From Bacteroidales bacterium (GTDB lineage Bacteria; Bacteroidota; Bacteroidia; Bacteroidales; UBA4417), in contig JBBQUX010000003.1 of the NCBI GenBank assembly GCA_038212135.1, positions 350 through 64,349 of the forward strand: a DNA stretch of 64,000 bases. The letters run 5' to 3'. Below, in pieces: positions 58,332 to 64,000 of this stretch (its first letter is position 1; the number at the start of each line of letters is the position of its first letter). The notes under the pieces are model-generated. The model made no database searches, was not told where the DNA came from, and saw only the letters and a list, made by a program, of their open reading frames with translations. Both the position numbers and the translations under genes were made by a program.

Positions 58332-58339
58332 TACTTTTG
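58332..58339 (+). promoter_or_regulatory. Candidate -7 box (TActTTTG) for purB
   Basis: TACTTTTG lies 27 nt upstream of the ATG at 58366. Confidence 0.45.
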
Positions 58340-58365
58340 ACCGGTGAATCTTTATACTTTTAGCT

Positions 58366-59718
58366 ATGGATCTGACGATGATTAATGCCATTTCGCCTAT
58401 TGACGGTCGTTACCGTAAACAGGTTGAACGTCTTTCTTATTATTTCAGCGAAGCCGCCCTTATCAATTACCGCGTATTTGTTGAGGTGGAATATTTTATT
58501 GCACTTTGCGAGATACCGCTTCCGCAATTGAAAGGGATCGAACGAAAGAAGATTGCTGAACTCAGATCCCTGTGCCGGGATTTTACTTTTACTGACGCAC
58601 AGGAAGTTAAAGACATTGAAGCAACAACCAATCACGATGTTAAGGCTGTTGAATATTATCTGAAGAAGAGGTTCGATAAAATCGGTCTCGGTAAGTATAA
58701 GGAGTTTATTCATTTCGGTCTGACTTCGCAGGATATCAACAATACTGCCGGCCCTTATGCATTGAAACTTGCTCTGGATGAGGTGGTTGTACCCATGTAT
58801 GACGATTTGCTGCAAAAACTTACCCGCAGGGCTAAGGAATGGAAAAAGGTTCCCATGCTTGCGCGTACACATGGACAACCGGCTTCGCCAACCATTCTCG
58901 GGAAAGAAATATATGTTTTTGCCGAAAGGTTAAAGCAACAGCTGAAATTACTTAAAACAATTCCGATTTCTGCAAAATTTGGCGGGGCTACAGGAAATTT
59001 CAATGCTCATTATGTTGCATATCCCGAAATCAACTGGCCTGAGTTTGGTGATGATTTTGTTAAAAACAACCTTACTCTCGAACGTCTGCGCCATACAACC
59101 CAAATTGAGCACTACGATAATATGGCAGCGATTTTTGATACTATGAAACGCATTAACACGATACTTCTCGACTTGAGTCGTGATATGTGGAGCTATATTT
59201 CGATGGAATATTTCAAGCAAAAGATAAAAGCAGGTGAAGTAGGCTCTTCGGCCATGCCGCACAAAGTGAACCCTATTGATTTCGAAAATGCAGAAGGGAA
59301 CCTTGGAATGGCAAATGCTCTTTTTGAACACCTTTCGGCAAAGCTCCCGCTTTCGAGGCTTCAGCGCGACCTTACGGATTCAACTGTAACGCGTAATATA
59401 GGAGTTCCTATATCGCATACCGTAATTGCTATAAAATCATTGATAAAAGGTTTGGATAAACTGATCCTGAACGAAGAGAAAATCCAGGCCGATCTTGAAA
59501 ACAACTGGGCTGTGGTTGCCGAAGCTATTCAAACCATTCTTCGCCGCGAAGGGTTCCCCAAACCTTATGAAACCCTGAAAGAACTCACCCGCACCAATGC
59601 GCATATTGATCATAAAGCAATAAGTTCATTTATTGACAAACTGAATGTGCCGGCCAAGGTGAAAACCGAGCTGAATAAAATCACTCCATCAAACTATATC
59701 GGACGGTTCGAGATATGA
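58366..59718 (+). CDS. purB: Adenylosuccinate lyase
   Basis: ISPIDGRY N-terminus and the SSAMPHKVNP signature. Confidence 0.95.
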   Translation: MDLTMINAISPIDGRYRKQVERLSYYFSEAALINYRVFVEVEYFIALCEIPLPQLKGIERKKIAELRSLCRDFTFTDAQEVKDIEATTNHDVKAVEYYLKKRFDKIGLGKYKEFIHFGLTSQDINNTAGPYALKLALDEVVVPMYDDLLQKLTRRAKEWKKVPMLARTHGQPASPTILGKEIYVFAERLKQQLKLLKTIPISAKFGGATGNFNAHYVAYPEINWPEFGDDFVKNNLTLERLRHTTQIEHYDNMAAIFDTMKRINTILLDLSRDMWSYISMEYFKQKIKAGEVGSSAMPHKVNPIDFENAEGNLGMANALFEHLSAKLPLSRLQRDLTDSTVTRNIGVPISHTVIAIKSLIKGLDKLILNEEKIQADLENNWAVVAEAIQTILRREGFPKPYETLKELTRTNAHIDHKAISSFIDKLNVPAKVKTELNKITPSNYIGRFEI

Positions 59719-59776
59719 GCAATTGTTAAATTTTGTGAGAAAGTAAAACAATGTAGTATTAACAGATTGTTTTAAG

Positions 59777-59784
59777 TAATTTTG
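59777..59784 (+). promoter_or_regulatory. Candidate -7 box (TAatTTTG)
   Basis: TAATTTTG lies 21 nt upstream of the ATG at 59805. Confidence 0.4.
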
Positions 59785-59804
59785 CGCAAAATATAGACCG
59801 ATAT

Positions 59805-60260
59805 ATGGATTTGAAAGAGATTTTATCAGTTTCGGGCAAGCCCGGGCTTTTTAAAACAATCGCACAGACTAAAACGGGCGTAATCATCGAATCGCTTACG
59901 GATGGAAAGCGCCTGCAAGCTTTTGCAAGCGATAAAATCAGCTCTCTGGGTGAAATAAGTATTTTTACTGCAGATGAGGATTTACCCTTACGGGAAGTTT
60001 TCAGGATCATACAGGAGAAAAACGGCGATCAACCCGTTCCTGATCCTAAAACCAATGACACCGCATTAAAAGCATTTTTCGAGACAATTTTGCCTGATTA
60101 CGATCGTGAGCGTGTATATGTTTCGCACATGCGTAAACTGGTTCAATGGTATAACCTGTTGATTGCAAACGGGATAACAGATTTTTCAGCTCCTGCCGAA
60201 GAAGCCGGAGCCGACGCAGCTTCTCCGGGCGAAACAGAACCCGAAACCGAAGACAAATAA
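59805..60260 (+). CDS. DUF5606-like protein with acidic C-terminal tail
   Basis: MDLKEILSVSGKPGLFK......G.I.ESL.DGKR matches my memory of this conserved Bacteroidota family. Confidence 0.75.
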   Translation: MDLKEILSVSGKPGLFKTIAQTKTGVIIESLTDGKRLQAFASDKISSLGEISIFTADEDLPLREVFRIIQEKNGDQPVPDPKTNDTALKAFFETILPDYDRERVYVSHMRKLVQWYNLLIANGITDFSAPAEEAGADAASPGETEPETEDK

Positions 60261-60265
60261 TTCTA

Positions 60266-60297
60266 AGTCCGTCGTATCACATGGCGGACTTTTTTTA
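60266..60297 (+). terminator. Intrinsic terminator
   Basis: AGTCCGTC-gtatcacat-GGCGGACT followed by TTTTTTT. Confidence 0.65.
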
Positions 60298-60311
60298 AGT
60301 ATTTTCGCCAG

Positions 60312-60319
60312 TATATTTG
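60312..60319 (+). promoter_or_regulatory. Candidate -7 box (TAtaTTTG) 8 nt before the pyrK ATG (near-leaderless)
   Basis: TATATTTG at 60312-60319; ATG at 60327. Confidence 0.35.
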
Positions 60320-60326
60320 CTACCTG

Positions 60327-61097
60327 ATGAAGAAATTTATTCATGACTTTACGGTTACCCGCAATCATCATATTACGGACGACTACTTTGCCTTATATTT
60401 GAAATGTCCGGTCATTCTGCCCTCAATTTTTCCCGGTCAGTTTGCCGAAGTGCTTGTAAGTAACTCAACCACAACATACCTTCGCAGACCCTTTTCGATT
60501 TACGATACTGATTACGAAACAAATGAACTTTCGCTGCTTATCAAAAAAGTGGGTGATGGTACCGCTGCACTCATGAAACTTAAGGAAGGTGATATCCTGA
60601 ACCTGGTTTATCCTTTAGGCAACACGTTTAGTATGCCTGATGGCGAAAAAGCTTTGCTTGTTGGAGGTGGAGTGGGTATTGCCCCGATGCTGCTTTTGGC
60701 AAAACGTTTGAGAATTGAAGGCTTCAAACCTGATGTGCTTATCGGTGGACGAAGTTCGAACGATATTGTTGAACCTGAAAAATATAAACCTTTTGGTGAA
60801 GTGTTTATTACAACCGATGATGGTTCAGCAGGTGAAAAAGGAATGGTGACGCAGCACTCAGTTTTTTCAGGAAAAGTAAAAGAATACTCGGCTATTTATG
60901 CCTGCGGACCTGACCCAATGATGAAAGCCGTTGCAAGGATTGCAGCAGAGTACGATATCCCGTGCGAGATTTCGCTCGAAAATACCATGGCCTGCGGAAT
61001 CGGTGCTTGCTTATGCTGTGTGGTCGAAACAGTTGACGGTAATAAAACCACATGCATTGAAGGGCCGGTTTTTGACACAAGAAAACTTAAATTGTGA
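60327..61097 (+). CDS. pyrK: Dihydroorotate dehydrogenase (class 1B) electron-transfer subunit
   Basis: FAD/NAD-binding RPFSI and GGGVGIAP motifs, and the C-terminal 2Fe-2S cysteines C.GIGAC..C. Confidence 0.9.
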   Translation: MKKFIHDFTVTRNHHITDDYFALYLKCPVILPSIFPGQFAEVLVSNSTTTYLRRPFSIYDTDYETNELSLLIKKVGDGTAALMKLKEGDILNLVYPLGNTFSMPDGEKALLVGGGVGIAPMLLLAKRLRIEGFKPDVLIGGRSSNDIVEPEKYKPFGEVFITTDDGSAGEKGMVTQHSVFSGKVKEYSAIYACGPDPMMKAVARIAAEYDIPCEISLENTMACGIGACLCCVVETVDGNKTTCIEGPVFDTRKLKL

Positions 61098-61103
61098 TTT
61101 TTT

Positions 61104-61131
61104 TGCAAAGTGAAAAATGCAAAGTGAAAAA
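61104..61131 (+). repeat. Perfect tandem duplication of a 14-mer (TGCAAAGTGAAAAA x2)
   Basis: Read directly, 7 nt after the pyrK stop. Confidence 0.85.
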
Positions 61132-61217
61132 TCTGATTAAAATCAATATTGTCAGGCTGGGCGATACCAGAAGAATGAATTTGTGATGTGTTTGAATAGT
61201 TCCAAATGTAACATTAA

Positions 61218-61373
61218 ATCCGACATCCGACATCCGTAATCCACAATCCGCAATCCACAATCCACAATCCGACATCCACAATCCACAATCCACTATCCAC
61301 AATCCACAATCCGCAATCAGACATCCACAATTCGCAATCCGACATCCGCAATCCACAATCCGACATCCGAATC
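61218..61373 (+). repeat. About 22 tandem ATCCRMA heptamers (atccgac/atccaca/atccgca) between pyrK and pyrD
   Basis: Read directly. The array generates the spurious DCGLW-repeat ORF 61087..61356 on the minus strand. Confidence 0.9.
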
Positions 61374-61386
61374 AAAAAAAATAACA

Positions 61387-62298
61387 ATGCCCGAATTATC
61401 AGTTAACGTTCATAAGCTTTTGCTAAAAAACCCGGTTATGTCAGCCTCGGGAACATTTGGCTACGGATCTGAATTCGACGATTTTATCGATGTTAACAGG
61501 CTTGGAGGAATACTTACCAAAGCCTGTACTTCGAAAAACCGTGATGGAAACCGGTATCCGCGTATGGCCGAAACTCCGGCCGGAATGCTGAATTCTGTAG
61601 GGTTGCAAAACAAAGGTGTTGATTATTTTATCGAAACCATTTACCCTAAAATAATGCATTATGATACGCATATTATGGTAAATGTGTCCGATTCAACGGT
61701 TGAAGGCTACATGGAAGTAGCAGAGAAACTAAATCAGCTCGAGAAAATTACCGGTATTGAACTCAATATATCATGCCCCAATGTGAAAGAAGGAGGGATG
61801 GCTTTCGGTACATCCTGCCCTATGGCTGCTGCTGTTACTAAAGCGGTTCGGGAAGTGTATGATAAAACAATGATTGTGAAACTTTCGCCCAATGTAACCA
61901 ATATCGCTGAAATAGCTAAAGCGGTTGAAGATGAAGGTGCTGATTCAGTTTCAGTTATAAATACTTTACTCGGGATGGCAATTGATGCCGAAAAGCGCCG
62001 CCCGATTCTTTCGACCATTACCGGTGGACTTTCAGGCCCTGCTATAAAACCAATTGCGTTGCGCATGGTATGGCAGGTTTCAAAAGCTGTTAAAATACCG
62101 GTTATCGGTTTAGGAGGAATAAGCAATGCGACCGATGCGATCGAATTTCTACTTGCAGGTGCAACCGCTATCCAGGTTGGAACAGCTAACTTCGTTGATC
62201 CACAGGTATGTATCAAAATTCTTGATGGTATAGAGGAATACTGCAACCGGCATGGAATTAAAGATGTAAATGAATTGATTGGTGCACTGGATTGCTGA
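61387..62298 (+). CDS. pyrD: Dihydroorotate dehydrogenase, class 1B catalytic subunit
   Basis: [31 protein letters not shown]. Confidence 0.95.
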   Translation: MPELSVNVHKLLLKNPVMSASGTFGYGSEFDDFIDVNRLGGILTKACTSKNRDGNRYPRMAETPAGMLNSVGLQNKGVDYFIETIYPKIMHYDTHIMVNVSDSTVEGYMEVAEKLNQLEKITGIELNISCPNVKEGGMAFGTSCPMAAAVTKAVREVYDKTMIVKLSPNVTNIAEIAKAVEDEGADSVSVINTLLGMAIDAEKRRPILSTITGGLSGPAIKPIALRMVWQVSKAVKIPVIGLGGISNATDAIEFLLAGATAIQVGTANFVDPQVCIKILDGIEEYCNRHGIKDVNELIGALDC

Positions 62299-62406
62299 AA
62301 AGGGGAAAGTTTAAAATGCAAAATTCTAAGGTTAAAACAGTAAAAGTAGTTTTTCGATTTCCATAGTGCCAACCGAATGCCAACCCAATGACAAACTAAC
62401 CATTTC

Positions 62407-62746
62407 ACAATCCTCAAAATCCTCAACCCTTCAAACTCTGAAACTCTTCAAACTCTTCAACCCCTTCAAACCCTTCAAACTCTGAAACCCTTCAAACTCT
62501 TCAAACCCTTCAAACTCTTCAAACCCTTCAAACCCTTCAAACTCTTCAAACCCTTCAAACTCTTCAAACTCTTCAAACTCTTCAAACCCTTCAAACTCTT
62601 CAAACTCTTCAAACCCTTCAAACCCTTCAAACTCTTCAACCCCTTCAAACTCTTCAAACCCTTCAAACTCTTCAAACCTTCAAACCCTTCAAAACCTTCA
62701 AAACCTTCAAACTCTTCAAACTCTTCAACCCCTTCAAACCCTTCAA
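62407..62746 (+). repeat. About 37 tandem CTTCAAAC[C/T] nonamers, ~340 nt, nearly G-free, ending at the purD ATG
   Basis: Read directly. Two unit types (CCCTTCAAA and CTCTTCAAA) are intermixed. I count only 2 G. The array generates the spurious LKSLKG ORF 62475..62675. Confidence 0.92.
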
Positions 62747-64000
62747 ATGACCAAATCCAACATCCTTCTCATAGGCAATGGTGGCCGCGAACATGCCATA
62801 GCCTGGAAACTTGCACAGAGCCCTTTACTTAACCAGTTATTTATTGCTCCGGGGAATGCAGGTACTTCTTTGGTAGGAACCAATGTGCCAGTAAATGGAA
62901 ATGATTTTGAGAGTATAAAAAGCTTTGTGGTTACTAATCGGATTGATATGGTGGTTGTAGGGCCCGAAGAGCCTTTGGTAAAGGGGATTCATGATTTTTT
63001 TTTAGCGGATAATGCCTTGAAGAATATTCCGGTTATCGGTCCTCAAAAAGCGGGTGCTGAACTTGAAGGTAGCAAGGATTTTGCCAAGCAGTTTATGATC
63101 AGGCATAATATTCCCACGGCTGCTTACAGCACTTTTACAATTGAAACTTTAACAGATGGTATTGCATTTATAAAAACACTCAATCCACCCTATGTGCTTA
63201 AAGCGGATGGACTTGCTGCCGGAAAAGGTGTAATAATCTGTAAAACTCTTGCGGAAGCTGAAAAAGAACTGACCGATATGCTTGTTGGCCAAAAATTCGG
63301 CAACGCTTCGGCAATGGTTGTAATTGAGGAGTTTCTTGATGGTATCGAACTGTCAGCATTTGCTATCACCAACGGAAAAGAATACCTGGTTTTGCCCGAA
63401 GCAAAAGATTACAAACGTATTGGCGAAGGCGATACGGGTCCGAATACAGGAGGGATGGGCTCAGTTTCCCCTGTTCCATTTGCTGACAGAGAATTTATGC
63501 AAAAAGTCGAAGACAGAATTATCAGGCCAACTGTTAAAGGGTTGCAGAAAGACGGAATACCCTACCAGGGATTTTTGTTTTTCGGATTAATGAATATAAA
63601 AGGAGATCCGTTTGTTATTGAATATAATGTTCGGTTGGGTGATCCTGAAACTGAATCCGTTTTACCTCGTATTAACAATGATCTGATTGAAATTTTTCAG
63701 GCTACTGCAAATGGAAACCTCTCTGCAATAAAACTGGAAACCGACGAACGCACTGCTGCCTGTGTGATGATCGTTTCAGGTGGATACCCTGGTAATTATG
63801 TTAAGGGGAAAGAAATTTCAGGAATAAAGGAGGTTACTAAAAGCCATATTTTTCACGCCGGTACAGTGACTGAAAACAATAAAACTGTATCTTCGGGAGG
63901 TAGAGTACTTGCAGTTACATCGCTGGCTTCTGATTTAAAAACTGCAGTAAATCAATCGAATGAATCTGCTTTATTATTGAATTTCGAGGGTTCGTATTTT
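62747..64000 (+). CDS. purD: Phosphoribosylamine-glycine ligase, 3' end cut by the window
   Basis: My translation from the ATG at 62747: MTKSNILLIGNGGREHAIAWKLAQSPLL...FIAPGNAGT...VVGPE.PLV.GI. Absent from the ORF track because no stop lies inside the window. Confidence 0.93.
   Translation, partial: MTKSNILLIGNGGREHAIAWKLAQSPLLNQLFIAPGNAGTSLVGTNVPVNGNDFESIKSFVVTNRIDMVVVGPEEPLVKGIHDFFLADNALKNIPVIGPQKAGAELEGSKDFAKQFMIRHNIPTAAYSTFTIETLTDGIAFIKTLNPPYVLKADGLAAGKGVIICKTLAEAEKELTDMLVGQKFGNASAMVVIEEFLDGIELSAFAITNGKEYLVLPEAKDYKRIGEGDTGPNTGGMGSVSPVPFADREFMQKVEDRIIRPTVKGLQKDGIPYQGFLFFGLMNIKGDPFVIEYNVRLGDPETESVLPRINNDLIEIFQATANGNLSAIKLETDERTAACVMIVSGGYPGNYVKGKEISGIKEVTKSHIFHAGTVTENNKTVSSGGRVLAVTSLASDLKTAVNQSNESALLLNFEGSYF

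Noticed and set aside
61734-62426. 230-aa minus-strand ORF antisense to pyrD. Similar long antisense ORFs lie at 51067-51645 (hppD), 58360-58878 (purB), 45410-45898 (kinase), 35260-35649 and 38155-38574 (peptidase)
   Set aside because: Each is fully nested antisense to a gene with strong family motifs, and none shows a recognisable motif of its own.
62475-62675. ORF encoding (LKSLKG)n on the minus strand
   Set aside because: A translation artefact of the nonamer array. The same applies to 61087-61356 (DCGLW repeats) over the heptamer array, 53287-53529, and 44701-44907.
12387-62746. Whether the intergenic tandem arrays are CRISPR arrays
   Set aside because: The units are 6-9 nt (two loci 14 nt) and contiguous, with no unique spacers. 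There is no leader-repeat-spacer organisation and there are no cas genes in the window.
62407-62746. Whether the order of the two unit types (CCCTTCAAA vs CTCTTCAAA) carries a higher-order pattern
   Set aside because: I wrote out the ~37-unit C/T string and saw no periodicity, palindrome or super-repeat. It looks like random admixture of two variants.
1-64000. Mobile elements, prophage, or defence islands (integrase, transposase, restriction-modification, toxin-antitoxin, retron or DGR reverse transcriptase)
   Set aside because: I recognise no such motifs in any ORF of 60 aa or more on either strand. Apart from the surface-protein genes and the decayed locus, the window is housekeeping and metabolic.

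Overview
Chromosomal window, most likely from a Bacteroidota genome. The evidence is three C-terminal T9SS sorting-domain cargo proteins, a PorT-like barrel, recurrent TAnnTTTG -7 promoter boxes, no Shine-Dalgarno sequences, and zapA/rny/ubiE housekeeping synteny. I support about 45 protein genes. The ORF track omits the two genes that run off the window edges. One is a giant minus-strand surface protein (1-10390, more than 3460 codons, 28 tandem 89-aa modules plus at least 8 PKD domains). The other is purD (62747-64000). Functional blocks: (1) T9SS cargo: the giant adhesin, a BNR/sialidase-like protein and a 1625-aa C1-like peptidase. (2) rny-zapA with a 6S-like structured RNA candidate between them. 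(3) An NSS transporter with a MetS-like micro-ORF and an APC permease. (4) A Phe/Tyr catabolic cluster: hmgA, hppD, fahA, a flavin reductase and a double-length phhA-like hydroxylase. (5) A nucleotide cluster: purB, pyrK, pyrD, purD. I found no integrase, transposase, CRISPR array, tRNA or rRNA, and no recognisable defence system. The most unusual signal is non-coding. At least ten intergenic regions carry tandem arrays of degenerate 6-9 nt (two of them 14 nt) units. These arrays are strongly strand-asymmetric (nearly G-free or C-free), are often arranged as inverted arms, and in three cases run directly into a start codon. One array splits pyrK from pyrD. A decayed locus (18539-20205) holds two convergent pseudogenes joined by a deletion. 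All calls come from reading the sequence and from motif memory; no searches were run.
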